Positions 42,636 to 52,770 of a stretch of DNA of 58,241 nucleotides are shown piece by piece. This stretch comes from Candidatus Poribacteria bacterium (GTDB lineage Bacteria > Poribacteria > WGA-4E > UBA9662): contig JAYZAL010000049.1 of NCBI GenBank assembly GCA_036339735.1, positions 1 to 58,241 on the forward strand, read 5' to 3'. The position numbers and the translations under genes were made by a program. The notes below the pieces were generated by a model, which had not been told where the DNA came from, made no database searches, and saw nothing but the letters and a program-made list of their open reading frames with translations. How positions within the stretch are numbered: position 1 is the first letter of the stretch; every line of letters starts with the position of its first letter.

Positions 42636-42680
42636 TGACTATATCTTCAAGTTTTATTACTTACTATCGATTTCCCTTCA

Positions 42681-43007
42681 CTAGATTGAAGCGCTGATTT
42701 TTTCACCCAGGGTAGCTTTGGGCATTGAACCAACTATCTGGTCTACTACTTCCCCATCTTTGAAGACAAGTAGAGTTGGGATACTTCTGACACCAAACTG
42801 CATCGCATAATCGCGGTTTTGGTCTATGTTCAGTTTTCCAATCTTATAAGTACCAGCGTTTTCTGTTGCTAATTCTTCTAATACTGGTGCAATCTGCTTG
42901 CAGGGTCCACACCACTCAGCCCAAAAATCGACGACGATCGGTGTGTCTGATTGCAAAACTTGTTCTTCAAAATTGGCATCCGTAATTTCGATGGTACTCC
43001 CAGCCAT
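42681..43007 (-). CDS. trxA: Thioredoxin
   Basis: [13 protein letters not shown] and SIPTL motifs; ATG 43007 with AGGAG RBS. Confidence 0.95.
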   Translation of the reverse strand: MAGSTIEITDANFEEQVLQSDTPIVVDFWAEWCGPCKQIAPVLEELATENAGTYKIGKLNIDQNRDYAMQFGVRSIPTLLVFKDGEVVDQIVGSMPKATLGEKISASI

Positions 43008-43161
43008 GTTACTTCTCCTAATTGTGTTAGTGAATTTACTCTGAAAATTGTTAAATCGACTGCCTAAAAAACCGAGGAACATATTGGGGCAAAATGTTCG
43101 GGACGAAATGATAACTTATCGTTGGCTTAAGGTCAATTATTTCCAAATTTCAGCAAGTAAT

Positions 43162-43926
43162 CTAATTTGGGCTCAGAGCAATATATCGGTCTTCTCTTTC
43201 GTAGTGAGGTGCAATTTTTTTGATAAATTGAGATATAGACTGTTTAGCCAACCTTCGAAAAGTTGAGTCAGAGGAAGCAATCTGAGATACGATAAGTGTG
43301 CCAAGTGAGTGAGCCTCTGAGGCGGTAGCCCTGTATATATCGTCCCAAATAATTTTTTGACTGTCCACATCCACTAATACCACTCTCAAAACCAGAATGT
43401 AGTTTTTTTGCAAATAGTCTTGGTAATCGGAAATATACCGCTGCAACCCCGGAGAATAACGTTCTCTGTAATGCCGACGAGGTTCGCTAGTTGTAAAGAA
43501 TCTGAAGCTACCGGTAATAACAGCAGAAGATTCTAGGTATTCACCGATTTGTGCTATTTGTTTTTGTCCCTCAACTTCAAAGACGTTACCTGGCAAATTT
43601 TCACCTGCTATCATTTCTGCTGTCTCTTGGCTATCAACCACTTCGAATGCTCGGTGTCTGCTGAGGCGATGACGAAGCATCAAGGCGATTTCAGGTCCCA
43701 TGTTTTCTAGAGAAGCATTATTATCCAAAAGCCCATTACTAGACTTGGCGTATAACTCACCTTGAACAAAAGGAAGTACAGCTAACTTCTGGTAGCGATC
43801 AATGTCTATCTCGGAATCGACCTTTACTGGTACTCCGATCTCTAACATTTTCTGACCACATCCCAATACACCCACTAAAAAAATAAGTAAAGAAAAAGTT
43901 AATGGCAACGATTCAAACTTTTTCAT
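43162..43926 (-). CDS. Putative lipoprotein (CsgG/TolB-N-like fold)
   Basis: Lipobox-like VLGC; KLAVLPF, FEVVD and VLVDV-x4-IIW pattern. Confidence 0.6.
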   Translation of the reverse strand: MKKFESLPLTFSLLIFLVGVLGCGQKMLEIGVPVKVDSEIDIDRYQKLAVLPFVQGELYAKSSNGLLDNNASLENMGPEIALMLRHRLSRHRAFEVVDSQETAEMIAGENLPGNVFEVEGQKQIAQIGEYLESSAVITGSFRFFTTSEPRRHYRERYSPGLQRYISDYQDYLQKNYILVLRVVLVDVDSQKIIWDDIYRATASEAHSLGTLIVSQIASSDSTFRRLAKQSISQFIKKIAPHYEREDRYIALSPN

Positions 43927-44345
43927 GGATGGATCTCATCAATTTCCAACTCATCTGACCTACTAGTCGACTGTTCTGTATTTAGTTGAATATCATCTTG
44001 GTTTTGTCGGCTACGATCCTTGTGGATTGACCTGCAGCGCCGATAATTATACCGATAGTGTTTATTGTTTGGTTCAAGCTCGACTGCTTTCTGATAGGAT
44101 AATATTGCTTGGTCTATTTTTCCGCTAGCTTCATAGGCAACGCCCAAGTTATTATGGGCGAAAGCAGCATCAGGAATTTCTTCTGTAACCTGTTGCCAAC
44201 GAAAAGATGCTTCATTCCATAGTTTCGCTTTTGCAACTTTTATTGCAAAGTGGTTGGTCGATTTTTTACCACAACCAAGCAGCGTACCACTGGCCACTAC
44301 AACTACAAATAACAGCAGAAGATGAGTTTTGCCCGCGAATGACAA
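43923..44345 (-). CDS. TPR-containing putative lipoprotein
   Basis: LLGC lipobox; AHNNLGVAYEASG...YQKAVELEP TPR; 4-bp overlap with the next gene. Confidence 0.8.
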   Translation of the reverse strand: MSFAGKTHLLLLFVVVVASGTLLGCGKKSTNHFAIKVAKAKLWNEASFRWQQVTEEIPDAAFAHNNLGVAYEASGKIDQAILSYQKAVELEPNNKHYRYNYRRCRSIHKDRSRQNQDDIQLNTEQSTSRSDELEIDEIHP

Positions 44346-44363
44346 TTGATGCCCCCTAGTATT

Positions 44364-44696
44364 TTACTGACCTGTTACAATACTAGCTGGTACATTAGAA
44401 GGAACAGACACTGGCACTTTAACAAACCCAGTAGTGTTTAGAGTGAATATCTCACTTTGAGCTTGGCCTGCCAAGTATAGATTAGTTGATGAAACGGGTG
44501 CGACCATACTTTCAATTTTGCTGTTGGGTTCTGTAATAGGCCCTCTTGTAGTGTTTAAGGTGAATATTTCGCTAGTGGCCGCAGCACTAAGCGACTCGGC
44601 TGAGACAAAATCATGGGAAATCGCCAGCCCCAAACAGATACAAACCAAACTGACAAGAGCCAAAAACCAGAACTTAGTCTTTATCCAATTCTCCAA
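44364..44696 (-). CDS. Small secreted protein with duplicated SEIFTLNTT motif
   Basis: Signal peptide; SEIFTLNTT occurs twice with synonymous differences; co-oriented with the TPR gene. Confidence 0.65.
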   Translation of the reverse strand: MENWIKTKFWFLALVSLVCICLGLAISHDFVSAESLSAAATSEIFTLNTTRGPITEPNSKIESMVAPVSSTNLYLAGQAQSEIFTLNTTGFVKVPVSVPSNVPASIVTGQ

Positions 44697-44865
44697 TTTG
44701 AAGCCTCAACCTGTTCATAGTGAATATGTGGGAAGACAAATATGCTGTTTAAACATTGAAAAGGGAATATTCGTGTGTCACAATAGAAGGAAATTCGAGT
44801 CTACTGAGAACGAGACCGAAGTATATCACCGATTCCACAGTCCAGCAATAGAAAAAGAACCACTT

Positions 44866-45687
44866 ATGAAACTGAGCCAACCGAACCAGAATCTGACTGA
44901 CGATCAACTAAACACTATCGAAAATGACCTGAATCATATTGGGTTCTACATTATTGAGAATGTAATTTCGGCCGCCGAAGCTGATCAGGTGCGACAAATA
45001 TCGCTGGATTTAGCCGAAGAGGACCTGATGAACGGAAGAGATCATAGTTACGCGGATGGTAAATGTCGACGAGTTTGGGCTATTGTAGGGAAAGATCCTA
45101 TCTTTCGACGATTGATTCAACACCCGACGATTATTGATGCTTGGAAGCACATATTAGGTAATGATGTAGTAGCATCGACTTTTACTGCCAATATCGTTTA
45201 CCCTGGAGCCGAAAGTAGTGGATGGCACGTCGATTATCCTTATTGGGCCATGGAGTCACCGTTTCCTAGGGGAGCTCTGACAGGTCAAACTGTTTGGATG
45301 ATTGATGATTTTACTACTAGTAACGGGGCTACGGCTTGCATTAAAGGTTCACACCAAACTCTATCACCGCCTGATGCAGATCAAATCAGCCAGATGGAAC
45401 AAGCCATTGCTGTTGCTCCCAAAGGGTCAGTCATGTTAACCAATGGAGCAATTTGGCATCGGTCTACGGCCAATCGAACTAATCAACTCCGAGTTGGATT
45501 GTTGGGGATGTATAATCGTTCTGTAATCCTGCCACAAGAAGATATGCCTAGCCAATTGACAGATCCTGAATTAGAAAGTGAATCTGATTTACTGAAACAG
45601 CTACTGGGTCGTCAAGTGGACTACCGAAGCCCCGATTTAAGTCAAACCCGACGACGTACAGCGACAGGATTCCGCCTACATACTTGA
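44866..45687 (+). CDS. PhyH-family Fe(II)/2OG dioxygenase
   Basis: GFYIIENV, WHVD (HxD), DDFT-x2-NGAT-x4-GSH and IWH motifs; ATG 44866 avoids antisense overlap with 44364-44696. Confidence 0.88.
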   Translation: MKLSQPNQNLTDDQLNTIENDLNHIGFYIIENVISAAEADQVRQISLDLAEEDLMNGRDHSYADGKCRRVWAIVGKDPIFRRLIQHPTIIDAWKHILGNDVVASTFTANIVYPGAESSGWHVDYPYWAMESPFPRGALTGQTVWMIDDFTTSNGATACIKGSHQTLSPPDADQISQMEQAIAVAPKGSVMLTNGAIWHRSTANRTNQLRVGLLGMYNRSVILPQEDMPSQLTDPELESESDLLKQLLGRQVDYRSPDLSQTRRRTATGFRLHT

Positions 45688-46275
45688 GTCAATCCCTAGA
45701 TTTTTTGAAAACAAACGAAACTCAGGTTGGTAATGTGTCAATCACGTAATAAAGAGTATTGCGAGGCTGGCCAGTAAAAACCAAACTATTACTGGAATCC
45801 AAATAAAAAAGTAAAAAGAGTGTCGAGTCCTATCGCTGCCATTGACCGGCATCTAATCCATTTCTTTACGTATATTTTTCTACCTAATTAGATTTTTATA
45901 GTAAGTGGGTATTTGGCTCCCTTGATAACTCAAATATGTTGGTAGTGAAGAGTTCGCTTTTGTACGCTTTAGATCTTGGGTCGACGTTCGCCTATACTTT
46001 GATGAAAACTGGTCTGATATCCTACACCTGTGTTGTTCTAAATTTGGATGTTTTACTAATTTTTGATCAGAAAACATAAGTGAATCATGGAACAACATAC
46101 TCAGTCGTGTCCCTTTGAGTTTGGTAAATTTATTAGTAGTAATAGTCATTAGTACTGGTCAAAATCACTACTACATGCTGAACAAAGCATCACCAACATG
46201 ACTATAATGACAGCATGTAACTAATCGAACACCTCATCTGTTAAGTATTGTACAACATCAAGGCGTACTCGTTTT

Positions 46276-46291
46276 TGGCACACCTCATGCT
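46276..46291 (+). promoter_or_regulatory. Sigma54 (-24/-12) promoter
   Basis: TGGCAC-ACCTC-ATGCT with exact GG-N10-GC spacing. Confidence 0.65.
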
Positions 46292-46298
46292 CTAACCT

Positions 46299-46389
46299 GG
46301 AGTGTTCATCAATTTCTTTTTGATAAACACTCCTTTTGATTTTAGCGTAAGAACGGGTCGTACATTCGCTCAGTGTACGTCCCGTTTTT
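46299..46389 (+). ncRNA. Candidate sigma54-dependent small RNA
   Basis: Hairpin GGAGTGTT-C-ATCAA/TTGAT-A-AACACTCC (46299-46333), then terminator ACGGG-T-CGTACA/TGTACG-T-CCCGT plus T-run. Confidence 0.5.
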
Positions 46390-46851
46390 CCTTATATCAA
46401 ACAGGATTGCCCCCATATCATGAAATTGAACTCCCCTTGGTCAATTTCCCAACTCCAACTCTACAGAAATCATCAATGCTTGAGCATAAAAAACATCTGT
46501 CTCCTAGCACCTTCCTCAACTTTTTAGATACCTCATCTCACCCTCACCGATAATCAGAAGCCGTAAATTCCCCTCACCATGCTCCTATAAATATAGTTTG
46601 CAGAGCAAATTTGATAAGAATCACCAGCGGACATTACTCACAAGTCAAGAACCTGATTTGGTGGCCATTCGTTTCCCGAATTAATAGTCTTTGGCTGTAC
46701 CTCAAATCAATTATTAATCATCAGATTTTTGGTGTGTTTTTTTTGAAATGTGGCTCTTTACACGATACTATTTAATTGCTCTTAAAGAGCGAAATTAAGA
46801 GTGTCATTGGCTTCCAACAATCAATCACTTTAGATTATGTAGGAGGATAAC

Positions 46852-47067
46852 ATGAGATCACCTGCCGTTGATTACTTGATAATCATCAACTCTGCTACCT
46901 TCACACTGATAGGTAGTTTCATCTCACCAATTATATCTATATTGTCCATTGCAGCCTTGATCGGATTTTCTTATCGTCAGATATCTTCAAGTCAACCGAG
47001 CCAAATCCTCGCACCTGTTTTTCCTTACCAAGAAGTACGCTTAAAACCAACAAATTTCCCATCCTAG
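46852..47067 (+). CDS. Small hydrophobic protein (MRSP...)
   Basis: AGGAGG RBS; long hydrophobic stretch. Confidence 0.5.
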   Translation: MRSPAVDYLIIINSATFTLIGSFISPIISILSIAALIGFSYRQISSSQPSQILAPVFPYQEVRLKPTNFPS

Positions 47068-47168
47068 CAACAAGTCGTCACTAGATAGAACCTAGTAAAA
47101 AATAAAACCCGTTAGGACCCATATTTCATACTGTAACCCCTATCTCTACTTCATGTCCGGAGGACTGT

Positions 47169-47243
47169 ATGCGAGCACCGATTATTGTCATGATGAGTAT
47201 CCTAATAGTCTTTGTTATTTACTCTTTTGGCTTAATTTATTAA
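47169..47243 (+). CDS. 24-aa single-TM peptide MRAPIIVMMSILIVFVIYSFGLIY (below ORF-track cutoff)
   Basis: GGAGG RBS; paralog of 47448 with a shared upstream region. Confidence 0.5.
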   Translation: MRAPIIVMMSILIVFVIYSFGLIY

Positions 47244-47447
47244 TAAAAATTTATTAATAAAAAAACTGATAGGGTTAGAACTAAACTCACAAAAAGTACC
47301 GATGGTTTGGATTAACCTTGAAGATTAGCTTTCATAGAAAAGAGCAAAGCATTAATCTCCGAAAATAGACCCCAGCGAAAACTTAAACCCGCAGGGAAAT
47401 ACATTTCATCTTATAACCTTTAGATCTTCACTTATCCGGAGGACTGT

Positions 47448-47636
47448 ATGCGAGCACCAATTGTTCCTGAGAAGCCCCCTATCATTGCTTATGTAATGAT
47501 GAGTATCTTAATAGTTTTCATTGTTTTATCGGGCCTTTTTTACAGGATGCCAAAGTCCGGGTCGTTTTATGGATTTAATCTTCCAGACAGCACATCAGCA
47601 ACCAAAGGGCTAACCAATCCAGATAAACGTCGCTGA
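47448..47636 (+). CDS. 62-aa single-TM peptide (MRAPIV...VMMSILIVF)
   Basis: TCCGGAGGACTGTATGCGAGCACC is identical to the start region of 47169. Confidence 0.6.
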   Translation: MRAPIVPEKPPIIAYVMMSILIVFIVLSGLFYRMPKSGSFYGFNLPDSTSATKGLTNPDKRR

Positions 47637-47763
47637 TCAACTGATCAGAGGAAAGCCTTACTAAATCTGACGATCCAAATACTGAATGTACGATCAACTT
47701 CCAAAAGACAATCACCCGATCTAGTCCCAAAAAGAAACAGGAAAAATATAAAGGAGATTAACA

Positions 47764-47904
47764 ATGATCGCTCAAACGATAGCAGTAGCGACAGTAACAA
47801 ATAAAATTAGTAGGTTATCAAAATCAAAGAAGAGTTCAAAACGGATTTACCCAATTCATTCAAAACAAACCTACCAGAAACAACGGAATAAAAGAAAAAG
47901 ATAA
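47764..47904 (+). CDS. 46-aa Lys/Arg-rich small protein
   Basis: AAGGAG RBS; MIAQTIAVATVTNKISRLSKSKKSSKRIYPIHSKQTYQKQRNKRKR. Confidence 0.4.
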   Translation: MIAQTIAVATVTNKISRLSKSKKSSKRIYPIHSKQTYQKQRNKRKR

Positions 47905-47991
47905 AAGTTTTTAAATAACAATGACATATTCTTCAACTGTTTTTAGGTTATGTTCTTCCATTTAAACCGCACTGTCCCTTGAAATAAAAAT

Positions 47992-48035
47992 AAGCTACAA
48001 TGCAACCACGCACATCAATGGCTGCATTGTAGCTT
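47992..48035. terminator. 17-bp inverted repeat (one mismatch)
   Basis: AAGCTACAATGCAACCA / TGGCTGCATTGTAGCTT downstream of the small-ORF cluster. Confidence 0.6.
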
Positions 48036-48196
48036 GCCAAATTAAGTTTATAACAAAAGTTAAACTTGTATCATTAATTACTTTCGTAATAATTCGCGAT
48101 TTGACCACAGTCAAAATTCGTTCTATGATACACTCTTGGGCATATACCATTCATTACTCCCACCACTAAGATCGAAGGCGCATCTCAAAATTTCCC

Positions 48197-48919
48197 ATGC
48201 ATCTATCTGAAAAAACACACCCGGAAGATTTTATAATTTTCAACTCAGTATTTGAAGATCAATTACCTCAGTCAGGTTTCAGTAGAAAAGTGTCATCCTT
48301 AATACCCAACTTTTCTATTGAGACCCGATTGGCTGTGGTTACAAAACAACCACTAGATGCATTGGGTGCAAGTAACTTTATCACAGCTTGTGTATCTGAA
48401 TTTTATGAAAAGTACAGACAAAAAGAAGACAGTTTTTTTATTTATCCGGATTATTTCACCTTCCAATTGACCTCTCAACCTGATGATCCGCTGGCAGATT
48501 ACGGATATTTTGATATCTGGCCAAACAATAAGAATATCCGACTGGGAATTGGTTCGAATCGAATATACCAACTCATGAATGAGCTTAGTATTAACGTCCT
48601 ACTCCTGCCATTTGTTGAAGATGAAAAAACAGCCACTAATTTTCATCATGTGGATGCCAATTTGCCCGTAGAACACTATTTTGTTTACGGAATTGATGGA
48701 AATTTAGATCAAGCCGATTTTTTCATTCGACGACCTGTATGTCTGCTAGATAATTCAGTGGAAACTGTTGTGAACTCGGTTTCAAATCAGATCTATGCAA
48801 AACAAACCTTTGATAAATGGCAAAGTCAAACTCATGACGGTAGCTGGGTAACTGAATCTTACCGTCAAGTTGGGAAGAAGATTGGAAGTCAGTATTTATC
48901 TAAGATAATTAAATACTGA
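48197..48919 (+). CDS. Hypothetical protein
   Basis: 240-aa ORF with protein-like composition (FFIYPDYF, FDIWP); family not recognised. Confidence 0.65.
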   Translation: MHLSEKTHPEDFIIFNSVFEDQLPQSGFSRKVSSLIPNFSIETRLAVVTKQPLDALGASNFITACVSEFYEKYRQKEDSFFIYPDYFTFQLTSQPDDPLADYGYFDIWPNNKNIRLGIGSNRIYQLMNELSINVLLLPFVEDEKTATNFHHVDANLPVEHYFVYGIDGNLDQADFFIRRPVCLLDNSVETVVNSVSNQIYAKQTFDKWQSQTHDGSWVTESYRQVGKKIGSQYLSKIIKY

Positions 48920-49565
48920 TAATTTTGCGTAAAAGAGTATGCAAAGTTCGATAAGAAGAGTCCGGCATATACGAATTATATACTCGAATCGTACTAGTGG
49001 AGTAGATGTATATTGGCCTGATTGGCGAATCGTAGTCTTTACGAGCAAAAAATAATTCAAGGCGAATGGAAGAAAACCTTTAAGCTAAACAGAAATATAA
49101 ATGGTATTCAAATTAAAAAATAATGAGCGGGTGCTAAGTGAATCACATAGTATGTCTCAATCAAGAATGGTATTGGTTAAATATATAGAAGCTATCGGAC
49201 TTAAACAACATTTTGATCAATTTTTTTATAATCTAATTATTTCTGAAAATATGTACGTTAACCGGACAAAAGTTCGATACCACGGTTAGATTAGAATTGA
49301 TCTTTTGTTCTAGAATGATTCTTTATGGCTAGCCAGATCATAATCTGGCAAAGAGAGGTAAATACCCAAATAAACTATAACGAAAGTAAAGATCGGTACA
49401 GACAAGACTTGGGTACCCAATAAAGGTTAGCTCTACAGTATCTACCTAGTGGAATGCTAGTACTTGTCTCAAGTATTTCAATACTTCGGTTGGGCCGGCC
49501 TATCGACTGGGGAAAAATTGAAATTATATAGGTTTCTCTATTATTGAAAATGAAAGGTAAATCAA

Positions 49566-50726
49566 ATGTCTTTGCCCGAATTTGTACGACCAATAACTAC
49601 TTCACCGGGATATCATTGGTTTGGCTATTACGATAAACTTCAATTCGATATAACTAATCGATACGCTCTAGCCATGAAAGTAGAATTTGAGCATCGATCT
49701 CCTAACAAGGACGACTGGGTCGATATTGGTTTAATAGACCTTGAAGATAATGATGAATGGACAAAAATTGGCCAAACGACTGCTTGGTGTTGGCAACAAG
49801 GTTGCATGCTACAATGGCGACCAGGTCAAGAAAACCAAATTATATGGAATGGTCGACAAAATGATCAGTTTGTATCTCATATATTCGATATCAAAACGGG
49901 ACAAAAACGAACTTTACCCCAAGCCATATATACCCTTAGTTCAGATGGAGAGACGGCGATTGGTACTGATTTTCGACGTATCAACCATATGCGTCCGGGT
50001 TATGGATATGCCGGCATCTCTGACCCTCACCAAGACGAATTAGCTCCAGATGATTCTGGGATTTATCATCTCAACCTAGATACTGGATATCACCAGCAAA
50101 TTATATCACTGGCTGATGTAGTTCAGATTCCTTACCCACACGGAAATATTAGTCAAGCCAAGCATTATTTCAATCATCTTCTTTTTAGTCCGAAAGGTGA
50201 TCGATTTATTTTCCTTCATCGATGGAGGTTCGACGGTGGTGGTTTTCACACTCGGATGCTAACGTCTGCGGCTGATGGAACGGACATTCGGGTTGTAGAT
50301 GATTCAGGTCGTACCTCTCATTTTATTTGGAAGGATAACGAAAATATTCTGGCTTGGTCTTGGCATCCTTCTTACAAAGACAAGTTTTATCTATTTGGGG
50401 ATGGAAATGGACAAGTTGAAGTATGTGCTCCCCAGATCATGGTAGAAAATGGCCACTGCTCATATTTACCAGACAGTAATTGGATATTGAACGATACCTA
50501 CCCAACAGGAAATTCTTACCAAGAACTTTATCTTTATCATTGCCTAACCAACCGAAAAAAACGTTTGGTCAGCTTTCCGGCCTTGTCAGTCTACAAAGGT
50601 GAATGGCGTTGTGATTTACATCCGCGTTTTAGCCGAGATGGCAAATGGGTTACTGTAGATTCTGCTCATCAACATGGTCGACAAATATATTTAGTGGATT
50701 TAGTTGCGGCTGGAATATATGACTAG
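49566..50726 (+). CDS. TolB-like / oligogalacturonate-lyase-like beta-propeller protein
   Basis: HWFGYYDK, WQQG-x-MLQW, NH-x2-FSP-x-G, GH-x-S, DTYP and RCDLHPRFSRDG motifs. Confidence 0.7.
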   Translation: MSLPEFVRPITTSPGYHWFGYYDKLQFDITNRYALAMKVEFEHRSPNKDDWVDIGLIDLEDNDEWTKIGQTTAWCWQQGCMLQWRPGQENQIIWNGRQNDQFVSHIFDIKTGQKRTLPQAIYTLSSDGETAIGTDFRRINHMRPGYGYAGISDPHQDELAPDDSGIYHLNLDTGYHQQIISLADVVQIPYPHGNISQAKHYFNHLLFSPKGDRFIFLHRWRFDGGGFHTRMLTSAADGTDIRVVDDSGRTSHFIWKDNENILAWSWHPSYKDKFYLFGDGNGQVEVCAPQIMVENGHCSYLPDSNWILNDTYPTGNSYQELYLYHCLTNRKKRLVSFPALSVYKGEWRCDLHPRFSRDGKWVTVDSAHQHGRQIYLVDLVAAGIYD

Positions 50727-50815
50727 ATCAGATATGAATGAAGTTAGACTTTTTTCATTCGAGGTGTATTTCGACCAGCATAAAAATATGTCTCTAACCA
50801 ATTGTATCACCTAGT

Positions 50816-51010
50816 ATGAAAGAATTACTTAAAAATCCTTCCTTCTGGTTTCGCTTAGTATTACCGTTGTGGATTTTTATCGTCGTTCCTTTGATAATGA
50901 ACAAATGTAGTAAAAAATTAGGAAGATTTGGAGGTCATACATTTATTTGGTTGGTCTTAGGTTTACTTCCGGTAGTATTTAGTACTATTTTGATGCTGTT
51001 TACTATATAG
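50816..51010 (+). CDS. Small two-TM hypothetical protein
   Basis: Two hydrophobic helices joined by a basic loop. Confidence 0.5.
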   Translation: MKELLKNPSFWFRLVLPLWIFIVVPLIMNKCSKKLGRFGGHTFIWLVLGLLPVVFSTILMLFTI

Positions 51011-51316
51011 CTGTTTGCTCTAATTGGATCAGTATGAAAAAGAAATCTTAAGGCACGAGATTCGTCTTCTCACACCTCTAAACGTTCACTGGTCTTTGAT
51101 TAAAAGGGGCTAACGTTGTTCTGATAAACGCTTGTAGCAAGCCAAAGGCCGTATGTAATAGTAGGTTGAAAACTGATTGTTTTTTCTACTTCTTCTGAGC
51201 AAACTCAGTTTTTTATTCAAAACTAATCTAACTGTTTGGGTAGGGACGATAAAATGTCATTATTCCAAAGTATCAATAACTAAAAATGTCTTTTCAACCT
51301 AAATACAAATAGCATG

Positions 51317-52648
51317 CTAATAGGTTTTCGCGTCTTTTTGCCTCTTTTCTAGTGTGTTAGTCCAATTACGTTCAGGTTCACCATCTAATATTTTGTCAAC
51401 CAGTTCATTAGGCTGCCCTTTCCGTTTGATCAAATCAAATTCGTCATAAATATGACCCGTTGCCGTCATTGCTTTGTAGTTTAATTTATCTTTCTCGACA
51501 CTTATAATTTGGTAGAGTTGAGTGTTTTCAGCACCTCTTGTCATCCACCGATCTTTACGAAGTTTATATTGTTTGGGACCACTAACCGAAACAACATAGA
51601 CGGTTCCATATTTCTCGTCTCTCACATTTACTCCGTTGCCTATGTTGTGCCCTCTTCCGTAACTATGGTCATGTCCAGTGAGAACTAAATCGACCTGGTG
51701 CTTATCTATAATTGGTTTCCATAACTCACGTAGTTTATTGTTATCTCGATTTCTTGAAGCTGAGTATATAGGGTGGTGGAAAGTTAAAAAAGACCAATCA
51801 TTAGGATTACTTGTAAGCACGTTATCTAGCCACTTTGCCTGCTTGGCCAGATCTTGATTTGAATTGAGTGAAATAATCCTAGCTCCTTGGTAATCAATAA
51901 AATAAACAGTTTCTTCCAGCCCTTGCGGCCCGTTCTTAGGCAAAGTAAAGTGAGGTTTCCAAAGGGTTGATAAACTTTCCGTTCCATTATTATTTGTTGT
52001 GTATTCGTGGTTGCCTGGAGTCGCGATAATGGGGACTTGGGCATGAATCCAACTTCCAGCTTGGAACCATTCCTCCCACTCACTATCATTATTGGCATTA
52101 TTGACTAAATCGCCAGCATGTAGCAGGAAAGCTGATTGTGGTGCATCTAGGATTGAACCTCGAATAACTCTAGACCAAAGAGATAGCAAATTATTCTGTG
52201 CATCACCAAAATAAATAAAACTAAACGAACCACTATTTTTACTCGCAGTTCGGTATTGGTACCACGCACTCCAAACTTTTTCTGATCCAACTCGGTATGC
52301 ATACAATGTGTCAGGTTTTAATTTAGAAAATGTAACAGAATGAAAATGAGCACCATACTTACCTTGATTCCATTTCTCTGTTTTAGCGATAACCTGAGTA
52401 CGCCAGGTTATAAAATTGGCTGAATCATCAGCAATGGCAATCTCAGCGTATGCGTTTTCGATATTCGTACTAGTACGCCAAGTTACAGATATTGAGGTTG
52501 TAGGATCATCAGACCAGTTCAATGCAATTCGACTTGGGATTTCACTAGGTTCAGGGTTTACCATTGCACGGTAATATTCACTAGCAATCAAATTGGATGT
52601 AACTAATACTAAGACAAATTTAATTAATAAATTCAGACATTTACTCAT
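51317..52648 (-). CDS. Purple acid phosphatase-like metallophosphoesterase with FN3 N-domain
   Basis: GDAQ, AGDLV, GNHE, FHHP and GHDH-x-Y-x-R motifs; L-x-PDT-x-Y-x-YRVG; signal peptide. Confidence 0.9.
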   Translation of the reverse strand: MSKCLNLLIKFVLVLVTSNLIASEYYRAMVNPEPSEIPSRIALNWSDDPTTSISVTWRTSTNIENAYAEIAIADDSANFITWRTQVIAKTEKWNQGKYGAHFHSVTFSKLKPDTLYAYRVGSEKVWSAWYQYRTASKNSGSFSFIYFGDAQNNLLSLWSRVIRGSILDAPQSAFLLHAGDLVNNANNDSEWEEWFQAGSWIHAQVPIIATPGNHEYTTNNNGTESLSTLWKPHFTLPKNGPQGLEETVYFIDYQGARIISLNSNQDLAKQAKWLDNVLTSNPNDWSFLTFHHPIYSASRNRDNNKLRELWKPIIDKHQVDLVLTGHDHSYGRGHNIGNGVNVRDEKYGTVYVVSVSGPKQYKLRKDRWMTRGAENTQLYQIISVEKDKLNYKAMTATGHIYDEFDLIKRKGQPNELVDKILDGEPERNWTNTLEKRQKDAKTY

Positions 52649-52770
52649 AATCTAACAATTGACCCAAGGGTATAAAATACTTTTTCACTTTTACAATGCA
52701 TAACTTATTGTTTCTTTTATATACAGGGCAGTATGTTTCCATCTGACATTTAGATATTGATCTATTGGAG

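Noticed and set aside
44518-44865. 116-aa N-terminal extension of the PhyH ORF
   Set aside because: It overlaps the opposite-strand secreted protein gene, and PhyH similarity starts only near ATG 44866.
49101-49289. Possible IS1380-like transposase N-terminal remnant
   Set aside because: Only a vague resemblance, with no catalytic region or terminal repeats; needs BLASTx.
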